A stretch of 63,865 nt of DNA, counting the filler, from Octopus bimaculoides (taxonomy: Eukaryota): the NCBI RefSeq assembly GCF_001194135.2. It is 7 parts of 7 records of this genome, joined end to end, with 100 filler letters (N's around TTAATTAATTAA, not from the genome) between each part and the next. Parts side by side here need not be neighbours in the genome. Positions count along the whole stretch, not along the records: positions 11,781 to 29,751 come from NC_069007.1; positions 29,852 to 43,376 come from NC_068998.1; 5 more parts are not named here. The stretch is one strand, 5' to 3'. Below, in pieces: positions 24,861 to 39,163 of the stretch (the first letter of the stretch is position 1; every line of letters starts with the position of its first letter). The notes beneath the pieces are model-generated. The model searched no databases, was not told the origin of the DNA, and saw only the letters and a program-made list of their open reading frames with translations. Both the position numbers and the translations under genes were made by a program.

Positions 24861-25989
24861 TCTCCTCTCTGGTGAATTGTAGAATCACATCACTCTGTTA
24901 TCTGTAGAAAGTGGGACCACAACATTTTCAGCGATTTTACACTGACTATGTCCACCTTCGAAATGACCCACAATACGACCTCTTTGAAATTCGGACAGTT
25001 CTTTTGTATGCGTCATGATGAAACAGTCATATAAACAACGTGAGACATAAAAATGTCAATTAATAAAGAAATATAAACCTTTACAAGTTAGAACAAACAT
25101 AAAGCGATATTTTATGGTGTGTCTATTTAATTCTGTCATGCCTGTGTGTGTATGTACGCATAGTATATCTGTGTGTGTATATATAAATGTATATTTGTAT
25201 ATATACATAAATATATATATATATATGTATATATATGTGCAAAAGTGATGTATATGTGTCTGTATTCGTCATTATATATACACTCACGCATGCACACACA
25301 CAGACGTATATATAAATATATATATATATATGTATATATATGTGCAAAAGTGATGTATATGTGTCTGTATTCGTNNNNNNNNNNNNNNNNNNNNNNNNNN
25401 NNNNNNNNNNNNNNNNNNNNNNNNNNNNNNNNNNNNNNNNNNNNNNNNNNNNNNNNNNNNNNNNNNNNNNNNNNNNNNNNNNNNNNNNNNNNNNNNNNNN
25501 NNNNNNNNNNNNNNNNNNNNNNNNNNNNNNNNNNNNNNNNNNNNNNNNNNNNNNNNNNNNNNNNNNNNNNNNNNNNNNNNNNNNNNNNNNNNNNNNNNNN
25601 NNNNNNNNNNNNNNNNNNNNNNNNNNNNNNNNNNNNNNNNNNNNNNNNNNNNNNNNNNNNNNNNNNNNNNNNNNATGCGTATGTGTTTGTATGTGTGTGT
25701 GTTTGCATGTTTGTATGTACGTATATATTTATAAGATATATATATATATATATATAAATTTGTTTATATAAATCTCTTCACACAAACATATGCTCTGTGT
25801 GTATGTGTGTGGGGAATGGGTGTTTCCACACGCAGATTTGTGTTTTGCTATGTGTTGAGTTAATTCATATTTGTCTGTTTGTCGATAAATATCCCAGATG
25901 GCCACAAAACAGGATATGTCACAAAAACGTAGTCAAAGAGAGACAGAAGAGAGAGAGATAGAGAAATAAAGAAAGAAAAAAGAAAAGGG

Positions 25990-26033
<44 letters not shown>

Positions 26034-26971
26034 GCATATAACGACAGAGAAAAGATGTTCGGTTCATGGCAGCATTTTAAGATCGGTAGATTTTTTTTTA
26101 CGTCGGTTGATGAAGTTGGACATCTAGATTTTAGCAGACGACTTGAAGTGATTCCTCAAGGGATTGAGCGTGCTGACGTGTACACGCATGCGCAAACAAG
26201 TAAACAATGCAAAGCATGTACGTATGTCAAAACCACATATGAACTCATGTTAAATTTATACACGCATACATATGTATATCTGTGTGTATACATATACATG
26301 TATGTATATGTATATGGGAGAATATACAAAAAATAACAACAGACGAGGACAGGTGGTGTAAATAACAAAAGTATATATNNNNNNNNNNNNNNNNNNNNNN
26401 NNNNNNNNNNNNNNNNNNNNNNNNNNNNNNNNNNNNNNNNNNNNNNNNNNNNNNNNNNNNNNNNNNNNNNNNNNNNNNNNNNNNNNNNNNNNNNNNNNNN
26501 NNNNNNNNNNNNNNNNNNNNNNNNNNNNNNNNNNNNNNNNNNNNNNNNNNNNNNNNNNNNNNNNNNNNNNNNNNNNNNNNNNNNNNNNNNNNNNNNNNNN
26601 NNNNNNNNNNNNNNNNNNNNNNNNNNNNNNNNNNNNNNNNNNNNNNNNNNNNNNNNNNNNNNNNNNNNNNNNNNNNNNNNNNNNNNNNNNNNNNNNNNNN
26701 NNNNNNNNNNNNNNNNNNNNNNNNNNNNNNNNNNNNNNNNNNNNNNNNNNNNNNNNNNNNNNNNNNNNNNNNNNNNNNNNNNNNNNNNNNNNNNNNNNNN
26801 NNNNNNNNNNNNNNNNNNNNNNNNNNNNNNNNNNNNNNNNNNNNNNNNNNNNNNNNNNNNNNNNNNNNNNNNNNNNNNNNNNNNNNNNNNNNNNNNNNNN
26901 NNNNNNNNNNNNNNNNNNNNNNNNNNNNNNNNNNNNNNNNNNNNNNNNNNNNNNNNNNNNNNNNNNNNNNN

Positions 26972-27270
<299 letters not shown>

Positions 27271-27562
27271 GATTTTCTTCTTACAATATTCTCCAGTTCT
27301 TGACGACTGTCTTCCTGACACCTAGGGCAAAGTATCTCCCTGTATACATGAGTACGCCATTAAACTAAACACAGTAGATTGCTTATTTTTGGAACGAAAT
27401 GAAAGCATGTCGCAAAGAAAAAGTTAAATACATGGGAAGTAATCGTCATCACATCCACAATACCCTTCTCAATATGTGTGAAATGACCAGTTAAAGGAAT
27501 CGGCTGCACTTCTTGCAGAAATGGCAAGTCAGAGATCATTCTTAAAAAATGTTCAGATCATA

Positions 27563-27611
<49 letters not shown>

Positions 27612-27747
27612 TTGTTATTTCAATTTGATTCTCTTTTTGTAGCTTAATCAAGCAACACCTCTCAATCAACAATATGAGGTCGTGAATATATTTGTCTTCA
27701 ATTGTCAGACACAAACCATCAATGTCTAAATTACAAAATAGTGACGA

Positions 27748-27905
27748 TGCGTGGTGTATTGGATAAGGTTTTGCACTAACGAACGCAGTTTCGAGGTTTC
27801 AATTCCTAGACCGGGCGGTACGTCGAGTTCTTCAGCAAAATATGTCATTTCTCGTAACTTCAGTCCACATAGCAATGCATGAATAAGTGCTCGAAAGGAC
27901 TGGCG
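27748..27905 (+). mobile_element. Decayed tRNA-derived SINE (family F)
   Basis: A-box TGGTGTATTGG and B-box-like GGTTTCAATTCCT; aligns with 52845. Confidence 0.6.
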
Positions 27906-28019
27906 TCCGGTTCAAGGCAACTGATGATATTTCGGTCACTTATACGCCATGGTAACCAATAATCGTCACTATGTCCCTTAGGACTCGAGACAGTAATGTG
28001 CAAAGGACTAACGACAGGG

Positions 28020-28352
28020 TGCTGAAATGTACCGGGCTTTGAGCGTATCACGAAAAGCCTGGTCGGTGGCCCAACTTTCCAAGTTCTTTTAAAGAGCTGA
28101 GAAATACTGAAGCACCACTGCAATAAGTTTGAATCTGAGAGGGGAACATGTTGAATAAAATCATAATTAATTGATCATCCTCACTCTTACACAAGGTCAA
28201 GAAATGTTTAATGCTTCCTTGTAAATAGGTATATTATATTTACAAGGTGGAGCCTAAGTGATTCTGGCTTTGAGGGTATCACGAAAGGCCTGGTTGGAGA
28301 CCCAACCTTCGAATTCCTTTTACTGAAGGCTTAGAAAAACTGAAGGACCACT
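28020..28352 (+). mobile_element. Two adjacent mariner 3' relics (about 28020-28170 and 28255-28352)
   Basis: Both align to the internal sequence of 51746-51966 (CGAAAGGCCTGGTTGG...CTGAAGGACC...GAATCTGAGAGGGGAA). Confidence 0.7.
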
Positions 28353-28374
28353 ATATGTTATAAGAGTAATTCGG

Positions 28375-28925
28375 CTGCTATTTCTAGGACGTCGTATTTC
28401 CAGTTTTTGCCTCCTTCTCTGATTTCTAAAAGATTGTTGTTCATGCTAATGTTGGTGTTATTATTATGAAATATATTTAATCGTAATTATTCTTGTGACG
28501 ACATCTGACAATATTTCTCATTTTGATAAACGTAATACATGCAAGTCAAGAATAAATTAGCTGCTATTTCTAGGACGACGTAAGTCTAGTTATTGCCTCA
28601 TTCTATGACTCCTAGAAGAATGTTGTTCATGTTATATTTGTTGTTATTTAACCCTCAGTTACCTCTGAGTCCCATATATTTAGTTGTAATCAGTCATTTT
28701 TATAAACGTAATACGTGTAATTCTAGAGTGAATTGCCTGCTGTTTCTAGGACGTCGTATATCCATTTAATGTCTTCTTCATTGACCTCTACTACAATTTC
28801 GTTGCTATTTCAGCGTGGTTTTACCTCTGAGCCACAGATATTTAGTCGTAATCATTCATATGATCACATCTTACAATGTCTCGCTCATTTTTTGGTTACT
28901 ATTTCTAGTACGTCGTGCGTCTAAT
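28375..28925. repeat. Degenerate tandem repeat, period about 160-186 bp
   Basis: Anchor CTGCT(A/G)TTTCTAGGACG(T/A)CGTA at 28375, 28561 and 28737, with a partial copy near 28896. Confidence 0.75.
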
Positions 28926-29621
28926 GAGCGGTTCTCTTATTGTCTTCTGCAAGAACATTGAATGGTTAATGGCTGGATGGAAGTTTGTTATGAATATTCA
29001 TTTGTTTCAGCAGACACGCTATATTTTCTTCATTCTCTCACAACTATTATATGGCGAATTAATTCGTTAATTTCGAAACTGTTCTTTGTAAAGTTTCTTT
29101 TTTTGTTTTTTGGGTTTTTTTTTCGTCTTTTAAAAGATATTTCCTTCTCTTTCGTGTTATCTTTTAAAAAAAAATTCTTAAGAAATGAAAAAAGGAAAAT
29201 AAAAAACAACATTAATCCAATGTATGCTTGCACGAAATCTACTTAAGAGAAAATCTCTTGTAAAAGACAAAGCCATAACAATCCGTCGAGAGTTAATCTA
29301 TGCATTCCGTTCTTGAAGAATACGGATACTTCAGTGGTACCATTATTCATTTATTTATTTATTTATTTATTTTAATGGCTTCATTACAGGAGAAAGGTCA
29401 GTCCTTCTATGATACTGTGCTTTGTAACGTAAACTTATGTGAAGGCGCGTAGCCTAGTAGTCAGCGCACAAGGCCTAGCTCGGGACCATAAGGCTGTAAT
29501 TTCGCTTCCTGAGACGGCGTTGAGTACTTGAGTATCTTATCGTTAATACCTGTACATTTACCTATTCAGCTTAGTAAGTAGATCACCGAACACGTAAACA
29601 TAGACATGTAGGTATGTGTTT

Positions 29622-29622
<1 letters not shown>

Positions 29623-29657
<35 letters not shown>

Positions 29658-29658
29658 G

Positions 29659-29718
<60 letters not shown>

Positions 29719-29851
29719 GTACGTACGTGTGTATGCATATATATATATATANNNNNNNNNNNNNNNNNNNNNNNNNNNNNNNNNNNNNNNNNNNNTTAAT
29801 TAATTAANNNNNNNNNNNNNNNNNNNNNNNNNNNNNNNNNNNNNNNNNNNN

Positions 29852-29915
<64 letters not shown>
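29623..29915. repeat. (GATA)n and (GT)n microsatellites around a scaffold gap
   Basis: Direct reading. Confidence 0.95.
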
Positions 29916-29920
<5 letters not shown>

Positions 29921-30251
29921 CGCAAGACCAGGTCATTACATATTTTTCTTCACTGTTGTAAATTTGACTTACAGCTGTTTCTAGTAGTCGCAGTCATTAT
30001 AGGCTCATTATTGATATGTTTACCCAAGCAGCCCATTGGTCAGTTTAGAAAAATTGAATGACCTAGAAAATTAACGCTACTTTCATTAGAGTAATTTCTG
30101 GTTTTGACAAAGCAGAGGACTGAAGGAATGGTACAAGCATGGGGGAGGGTGTGTGAAGAGAGACGATAAGAATCAATAGAAGGTAATTGGAAGAGAAATA
30201 AAGAAGAAAGTGATGATTTACAAGAAAAGGACTAAAGTGAAAATATATAAA

Positions 30252-30289
<38 letters not shown>

Positions 30290-31399
30290 TATATATATAC
30301 AGACATATATATATATATATATATAGACATATATATATACAGACATATANNNNNNNNNNNNNNNNNNNNNNNNNNNNNNNNNNNNNNNNNNNNNNNNNNN
30401 NNNNNNNNNNNNNNNNNNNNNNNNNNNNNNNNNNNNNNNNNNNNNNNNNNNNNNNNNNNNNNNNNNNNNNNNNNNNNNNNNNNNNNNNNNNNNNNNNNNN
30501 NNNNNNNNNNNNNNNNNNNNNNNNNNNNNNNNNNNNNNNNNNNNNNNNNNNNNNNNNNNNNNNNNNNNNNNNNNNNNNNNNNNNNNNNNNNNNNNNNNNN
30601 NNNNNNNNNNNNNNNNNNNNNNNNNNNNNNNNNNNNNNNNNNNNNNNNNNNNNNNNNNNNNNNNNNNNNNNNNNNNNNNNNNNNNNNNNNNNNNNNNNNN
30701 NNNNNNNNNNNNNNNNNNNNNNNNNNNNNNNNNNNNNNNNNNNNNNNNNNNNNNNNNNNNNNNNNNNNNNNNNNNNNNNNNNNNNNNNNNNNNNNNNNNN
30801 NNNNNNNNNNNNNNNNNNNNNNNNNNNNNNNNNNNNNNNNNNNNNNNNNNNNNNNNNNNNNNNNNNNNNNNNNNNNNNNNNNNNNNNNNNNNNNNNNNNN
30901 NNNNNNNNNNNNNNNNNNNNNNNNNNNNNNNNNNNNNNNNNNNNNNNNNNNNNNNNNNNNNNNNNNNNNNNNNNNNNNNNNNNNNNNNNNNNNNNNNNNN
31001 NNNNNNNNNGTCTGTGTATATATATATATATAATGAAACCAGTATTGTATGTGATATTTTAGGAGTATTTTAATTAACTCCATCTTCTGATGCTTCGTTT
31101 TTTTTTTCTTTCCAGCCAATCATTTTTGTTGTTGAACCAATTAGAGACCATCTATGAGAGCACTCAAAGTAGCAAGATATATAAGTAAGAGAATAGTTTG
31201 TAGAGTATCCTCAAAAGACTCCCTATAAATTGCAAATACTCTCCTCACTTCAATTTTAGAATGAATTATTCCCTTCAATATAATCAGAGATGGCCATATT
31301 TGGAACACATTGGAAAAGAAACTTTGGTTGGCTATCTCCAGACCAAGCGATCTCTTGAGCAGATCAGGTTGGGACTTGACAACTACTACAATTAATACA

Positions 31400-31418
31400 T
31401 TACTACTACTACTACTAT

Positions 31419-31451
<33 letters not shown>

Positions 31452-31480
31452 AACTACTACTAGTACTACTACTACTACTA
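31400..31480. repeat. (ACT)n microsatellite
   Basis: Direct reading. Confidence 0.95.
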
Positions 31481-31606
31481 TGAAAACTTCCAATGCCGAT
31501 TTCTTACTTAGACACAAAGCCAATCCCAAACAGAATTTGAATTAAAAAACATAGTGCAACAAAATTAAATCCTAAGTGATATGAAAATGGAGGGAGGGGG
31601 CACACA

Positions 31607-31644
<38 letters not shown>

Positions 31645-31837
31645 CTTTTATTTTGCATAAGCAATGCAAGACTAATAACTTTGTGTAGAACTCAATTTAC
31701 ATATGTTTCAGAACAAAATGTTCAACGAGTATAGAGTGATAATAAGACAAAGAGATGACACAAGAAAAACAATGGTTATGTAATGAACTTCCTTAACTTA
31801 CAGCCGTTTCTGTTATAAGATGTAGTGGACTAAAGGT

Positions 31838-32165
31838 AGATGGCTCAGCAATTAGAGTGTCAGACTTACATTCAGGAGGATATGAGTTCAATTCCTCATG
31901 AACTGAGTTGTGTTGTGTTCTTGAGCAAGACTTTTATTTCACATTACTCCAGTTCACTCAGCTTTAAAAATGAGTTGCGACGTCACTGGAATCAAGCTGT
32001 ATTGGCTTTTGCCTTTACATGGACAACATCGATGGCATGGAGAGAGAGAGGCTGGTATGCATGGGAGACTACTGGCCTTCTACAAAACAATCTTGCCTGG
32101 ACTTATGCCTCAGTGGGGAACTCTCTAGGTGCAATCTCATAGTCATTCATGACTGAAGGTCTTTA
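31838..32165 (+). mobile_element. tRNA-derived CORE-type SINE (family F)
   Basis: A-box TGGCTCAGCAATT, B-box GAGTTCAATTCCT, then TTGAGCAAGAC...CTCCAGTTCACTCAGCT shared with 52845. Confidence 0.75.
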
Positions 32166-32419
32166 CTCTTTTTATACATACACACACACACACACACACA
32201 TACACACACATATATATATATATAGACATGCATGTGTGTATACATATGCATGTTTGTGTCTGCATGTTTATATATATATATATGTGTGTGTGTTCCATAT
32301 AAGTCAAGAGCTACAAGCAGTATTGTTGTCATTTCTCTGGCCAGCCAATTTTCGTTTTATTTGTGCTTTCAAATTCACATGAAATAAGACGTCCCTAACT
32401 TTAAAAATAAGAAACAAGG

Positions 32420-32700
32420 AATGGTTAGCAACAGAAAGGATATCCAGCTGTAAAACAATGCCTAAAATATATATTTATCTAACCCATGCCAGCATTGAAA
32501 TCATCATCATCATCATCATCGTTTAACGTCCAGTTTCCATGCTGGCATGTGTTGGACGGTTTGACTGAGGATTGGTGAGCCAGAGGCTGCACCAGGCTCA
32601 ATCTGATCTATCAAAGTTTCTACAGCTGGATGCCCTTCCTAATGCCAACCACTCTGAGAGTGTAGTGGATGCTTTTATGTGCCACCAGCACGAGTGCCAG
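32420..32700. mobile_element. Tail-to-tail pair of family E SINE fragments sharing an (ATC)n tract
   Basis: Plus copy at 32420-32490 and minus copy at 32505-32700 share the GGCATCCAGCTGTA and CATGCCAGCAT(G/T)GAAA blocks. Confidence 0.7.
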
Positions 32701-33284
32701 TGAAATGAATGAAACTTTGTCTTGGCTTGCACCTGCAGATGTAGAGATAGGGGCAATTAAAACTCAAGAACAAAAGCAGCATATTGACAAAATTTAGATG
32801 GATAGCCACAGCTAAAATTACTGAGGATTCAACCTGCTGCCTCTATTCCAGTTCTTGTTTCACATAAAATCTGCCAGAGCAACCCCCACCTACAACCTGT
32901 TCTACCACAACCATAAGACAGCCTGCACAGGGTCGTTCAACCTGCTAGGCAAAGCAGCCAAATAACTTCTGAAATAACACTTCAACATCATTCAAAGAAA
33001 AAAGATGTAAAGAAAAAGAAGTTGGATGGTCATGGTTGGAATGCATTTGATCTTAGGTCTGCTCAAGTGGTGCTGAGTTGAGTATAAACAATGTGGAGAT
33101 CTCCATGTAGTCAAACTACCAGCTAGAAATAGCAGCCAAATCTCTCCCTCAGATCAGATCTGACTATTTTGAAAATGGATGGATGGATGGATGGATGTAT
33201 TAGAGATGCAAAAACGAAATGTGCTTGGATTGAATGCTTTCAATCAAAAGTTTGCTCAATCAGGGGAAAATGAAACTATCAATC

Positions 33285-33560
33285 TATTTTATCTTTAAAA
33301 CCCTCTATCTTTCCCTCTATCAGTCTATCTATCAATCCCTCTATTTATCTAGTTATCTCTCAATCCTTCTATCTAGCTATCAATCCTTCTATCTAGCTAT
33401 CTATCAATCAATCTAACTCTTTCTCTCCATCTATCCGTCAATATTTTATCTATCTATTACTCTTTCTCTTTCTATCAATCTCTCTCTCCCTCACTCTTTC
33501 CCAACCTCTCTATCTGCCCCTCTAACTATATATCTATCCATCTTTCTCTTTCTCATCTTG
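33285..33560. repeat. Degenerate (CTAT)n tract
   Basis: Direct reading. Confidence 0.85.
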
Positions 33561-34674
33561 TCTACGTGTCCCTCAATCTAATCTATAACATGGACAAAGT
33601 AATTAATAACCTAATCGATGTCATTACAACTTTTAGAGTCACAAATACTAGTTCAAACTTCAAACCAATTTTTATTTTTGCCTTCAACAAACATTCTCTG
33701 AAATGTTTGCATTTCCGTGTCCCCTAATTGATATCCTGTTTGATTTTTTGATGTTTGGCTCAGATCATGTATTTCCTTCCATTAACTAACACGTTTGTTT
33801 TAGCTATGATTCATCACCACAAGAGCTGAGACAACTAATGAAAAGAATAGTACATTGTATGTACACACACACAGACACAAACACACTTATATATGCAGAG
33901 AGAGAGAGAAATCAAGAAGGGAGAGAGAGACCAATGTACTATTAGTAACCCAAACCACATTCTGCACTTAATACATTTTTTTGTCTTTTCTATTGCTAAT
34001 GTTTTAATCACATATGCATAAATACATATAAGTGTTTGTATGCACATATGTATATGTGTGTGTGAGTAAATGTGAGTAGCCATGTTACTCCACTACAAGG
34101 ACATATTCTGTCCCATCCCCTTCTCATACCTTAACCTTCATCTCCTAACATAAAGCTGTCCACTCTTCCACAGGTCTCATAGTCTTGTGAGCGACATGGT
34201 GACCTTACTAGTGCTAGTGGCACAAGAAAAACACAGTACAATGAAATCATGCCAAAATACCATGTATACCCTTATTGAACATCAAACTGGTAGGAGTATG
34301 CATGTTTTTTTTTAAGTCAATCATTTTACTGATTTTTGCAGTTTATTGATTCCATCATGGGTTGTCATGGAAAGATTGCACAGTCCATTATAAACCAGTA
34401 ATTTTTCACATGGCAAGGAGATAACGCAAGATTCCTTTAATTGAAACTGATGAAACAATAGTAAACTAAGCAAGAACTGCAATTTGCGAACTCTATTCTT
34501 TGCTACATTTTTTTATCACATATATTCTATGGATGCTTTGTGAATATCTTTTTATTACTGGTGCAGTGGCAACTTGAAAGACCGTCTAACCTTTCAATTT
34601 TCAGATAGCCACCATCTGCGACAATATTTTATGAGGTAAATGCCTGGATTATATATCCCAATTTACCTACTACA

Positions 34675-35290
34675 TCTATATATATATATATATAAATATA
34701 TAAATATATATATATATAAATAAATATATAAATACATATATATATAAATAAATATATAAATACATATATATATATATATATAAATAAATATATAAATACA
34801 TATATATATATATATAAATAAATATATAAATACATATATATAGNNNNNNNNNNNNNNNNNNNNNNNNNNNNNNNNNNNNNNNNNNNNNNNNNNNNNNNNN
34901 NNNNNNNNNNNNNNNNNNNNNNNNNNNNNNNNNNNNNNNNNNNNNNNNNNNNNNNNNNNNNNNNNNNNNNNNNNNNNNNNNNNNNNNNNNNNNNNNNNNN
35001 NNNNNNNTATATATATATAAATAAATATATAAATACAAATATATATATATATATATATAAATAAATATATAAATACATATATATATATATATAAATAAAT
35101 ATATAAATACATATATATAGATAAATATATAAATACATATATATAGATAAATATATAAGTAAATATATGTATAAATATATATAACTAAATACACTTAAAT
35201 ATGAATAAATATATATAAATAAATATATATAACTAAATATATATATATATATAACTAAATATATATATACATATAACTAAATACATATAT
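34675..35290. repeat. AT-rich minisatellite (TATAAATAAATATATAAATACA-type units) spanning a gap
   Basis: Direct reading. Confidence 0.9.
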
Positions 35291-35304
35291 ACCTTTCTAC
35301 ATGT

Positions 35305-35675
35305 ACAAGGCCACAAATTTGAGGGGAGGGAGGGGACTAATCGATTAAGACGCCCTCCACCTCCCCAGCACTTAACTGATACTTACTTCATTGATTCTGA
35401 AGGATGAAAAGTAAAGTTAATCTCAGCCGAATTTGAACTTAGAATATGAATATAGACAAAATGCTGCTAAGCACTTTGTCTGGTGTGCTAATGATTCTGC
35501 CAGCTCACTGCCTTATAATTCTTTCTACTATAGGCACAAGGCCCTGAAAAATTGTGGGGAAGGGACCAGTCAATTACATCAACCCCCAATGCACAACAGG
35601 TGCTTATTTTACCATCCTTGCAAAGAGAAGAGGCAAGGTTGACCTCAGCAAAATTTGTGCTCAGAAATAAGAGTA
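35305..35675 (-). mobile_element. Two tandem SINE-A copies
   Basis: About 35305-35510 and 35522-35675; both start at GCACAAGGCC-type tails and contain the central domain. Confidence 0.75.
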
Positions 35676-35747
35676 ATAAGGATGACTTATATGATGCTGC
35701 AGCCAATAGCAGGAGGGATGGACAGGTATAGATTATAGTTATATACA

Positions 35748-35786
<39 letters not shown>

Positions 35787-35789
<3 letters not shown>

Positions 35790-35950
35790 TGGCTGTGTGG
35801 TAAGTAGCTTGCTTACCAACCACATGGTTCTGGGTTCAGTCCCACTGCATGGCACCTCGGGCAAGTGTCTTCTACTATAGCCTCGGGCCGATCAAAGCCT
35901 TGTAAGTGGATTTGGTAGACGGAAACTGAAAGAAGCCCATCGTATATATA
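35787..35950 (+). mobile_element. SINE B head running into (AT)n and a gap
   Basis: GTGTGGTAAGTAGC...GGGTTCAGTCCCACTG...GGGCAAGTGTCTTCTACTATAGCC...GAAACTGAAAGAAGCCCATCG. Confidence 0.85.
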
Positions 35951-36144
35951 TNNNNNNNNNNNNNNNNNNNNNNNNNNNNNNNNNNNNNNNNNNNNNNNNN
36001 NNNNNNNNNNNNNNNNNNNNNNNNNNNNNNNNNNNNNNNNNNNNNNNNNNNNNNNNNNNNNNNNNNNNNNNNNNNNNNNNNNNNNNNNNNNNNNNNNNNN
36101 NNNNNNNNNNNNNNNNNNNNNNNNNNNNNNNNNNNNNNNNNNNN

Positions 36145-36215
<71 letters not shown>

Positions 36216-36851
36216 AGAAAGAAATGATGAGGATGTGGAGAAGGAGAGAATTGAAATTTAGGAAGTAATTGAAGAATAAAATTGGAGTACAGGGAAAGAA
36301 ACACAAAGAAGACAGGCAAAGAGTAGTAGTAGTAGAAGTAGTAGTAACAGCAACAACAGTAGAAGCAACAGCAAAAGTGAAAGTTTCTCATAAACATTCT
36401 TGCTATTAAAACATATCATGTTTAATAGAATGGAATGCAATTTAGTTTGGCAAATTTCAATATTCTGCGACATACTGTGAATTCTGACAAGGGAATTATA
36501 TAGGATCAAATCAAATTATAAAAGGATATTGTGGAAACAAATACAAAAAAAATATTCATAAAAAAGTCTCTAGAATTTCAAATTTTATAAACATCTCCTA
36601 TAGGTATAGGAAAGATACATAAAAATGTAAAAAAATATAAAGAAATATATAATAAAAGAATATATATACATGTGTATGTCTGTGTGTGAGTGTATATAAT
36701 ATGTATCAAAACTTGCAATAATAATAATAATCATTTCAGATTTAGGTACAAAGCCAGCAAATTTGAGGACAGGGGGTCGGTTGATACTATCAACCCCAGT
36801 GTTTGACTGGTGCTTTATTTTATCAACCCTTGAGGCAAAGTTGAAAATTAA

Positions 36852-37072
36852 CTCTTTAGCATTTAAACTGGCTATATCTGGCTCAAAATATTTTACCTGT
36901 TCTATATTCAAACTGGCCACATCTGGCCTCAAACGCCTACATGACAATGTCATTCAAATCGTAAATAATTACATCGTCAAAATCTCAAAGCAACAAGATA
37001 GTCCATGATTAATTCAAAATATTGTGAATGAATAAGTATTAAATTTGACAGAGTAATCTGAATGCTAAAGGG
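36852..37072. mobile_element. piggyBac-type MITE (221 bp) nested in a SINE-A
   Basis: TTAA on both flanks; TIR C(T/C)CTTTAGCATT; SINE-A sequence on both sides. Confidence 0.85.
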
Positions 37073-37714
37073 TTAAACAGAAAGAAATATTACAAAGTAT
37101 TTTGTCAAATGCTCGAAAGATTCCACCAACACACTGCTTGAAATGTTTTCTAATTTAAGCACAAGGCAGGCAATTTTGTGGAGAAAGAGTTAGTAATAAA
37201 AGCCAACTCTAGAACTTAACTGGTACTAAATTTATTAAAATTATTTCTGCTTTTAGAAGATATGTCATAATTACCAAAAGGCAAATGTGATCAATTCCTT
37301 ATGAGAAAGGGAGATAATCTCAAGGACCAAACTTCCTTGACAGACAGAAGTTAAATGATGGTGATGATAATTATGAATATAAATAAGTTTACACACATGT
37401 ATATAAATATATTTATTAAGGACACAGGCATGGAACACTTATGCTTCAGAACAGAGTTTTCCAACTGCAATTTGTTTGATATCTGTTATTGTTCATCAGT
37501 TGTTGCAAGCATATTTAATACAGAAGTAAGCACATTTTAAACATGCATGCAACAGTTAATGAATGATAGTGAGTCTCAAATAAATCACTGTCAAGAAACT
37601 CAGAATCCTGAATGTAAGTGTTTCATACCTGTCTTTTTAAAAAATTACTCTTCTACTTCCAATGATTTTTTTGTGGTTATACATGTGGTTTGTCAATGTG
37701 TGTGTGTGTGTGTG

Positions 37715-37767
<53 letters not shown>

Positions 37768-38603
37768 GTGCGTGTGTGTGTGTGTGTGTGTAGCTCCAGC
37801 ATGGTCACACTCCAATGACTGAAGTAAAAGATAGAAGATATATATATATATATATATCTTTATCTTATGATATTTACTTTGTATTATATTATACTTATTT
37901 ATTGTGCTTTTACTTATTAATTTGTCTATATGTGACAGTGAATTTTCATCAATGAGTTCATGAACCTTGGTTCTTTTCCCTAAAACTATATATATATATA
38001 TATATATATATATCATCATCATCATCGTTTAAAGCGGACGTTAAACGATGATGATGATGATGATGATATATATATATATATTCTTTTATACATTTCATAT
38101 ATATATATATTATATATTCTTTTATGCATTTCATATACATATTTGTTTATATAAATGTAAATGTGTGCACAGGACACACTGTAAAGAGAGACGGCTGTGA
38201 CACTTGAATTATATAGAGATTTAAATTAGAATAACTTAAACATAATCAAATAAATACACAAATATATAAAGCTTCTGTTATGCCAGTCTTTTAGAAATTT
38301 CATCAAAACAAACCTTTATAATGTCATTTAGGTAAAAACAGGAACATTTCTGATGTAAATTCAATTTGTCTTCCACTCAACAGTGACAATCCAAACAGGA
38401 GAAAACAGTGTAATAAAAAAATAAACATGAGTGGCGCAGAGGTGTGGGGGTACTCTTTTAGTATATTTTCAGTTGATGTTCAACTCTTCACCTGACAAGT
38501 GTGTTTTAATATGCAACAGTGCATATTATGAAATACATCAGCTTTATTTTATACATCACATTTAATAGCATAATCTAAAATTCAGTTTAACAGTTAACTG
38601 TTT

Positions 38604-38646
<43 letters not shown>

Positions 38647-38746
38647 ATATTTCACTACCTATCCAATATATATATATATATATATAAATATTTATATATT
38701 TCTCTACCTATCCAATATGTATATATATATATATATTTCTCTACCT

Positions 38747-38816
<70 letters not shown>

Positions 38817-38834
38817 CATAAATATTGATGATGA

Positions 38835-38875
<41 letters not shown>

Positions 38876-38974
38876 AACACACATATACATACACACACAC
38901 ATACATACACATATATATATATACATATATATATGCACACACACACACATATATTTATTCATACACATAGATAT

Positions 38975-39085
38975 ATGTATGTGTATGAAATGAAGTGTTT
39001 TGCTTAAGATCACAAAGCACTGCCCAGTTTGGGAATTGAAACCATAACTTGACGATTGTGGGTTCAACACCCCAACTGTATGATC
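38975..39085 (-). mobile_element. SINE family F head
   Basis: Reverse complement has GGTTTCAATTCCC and CTTAAGCAAAACACTTCATTTCA, as in 52845. Confidence 0.6.
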
Positions 39086-39116
39086 ACATTCCTTCACACA
39101 CACATATAAATGTGTA

Positions 39117-39163
<47 letters not shown>

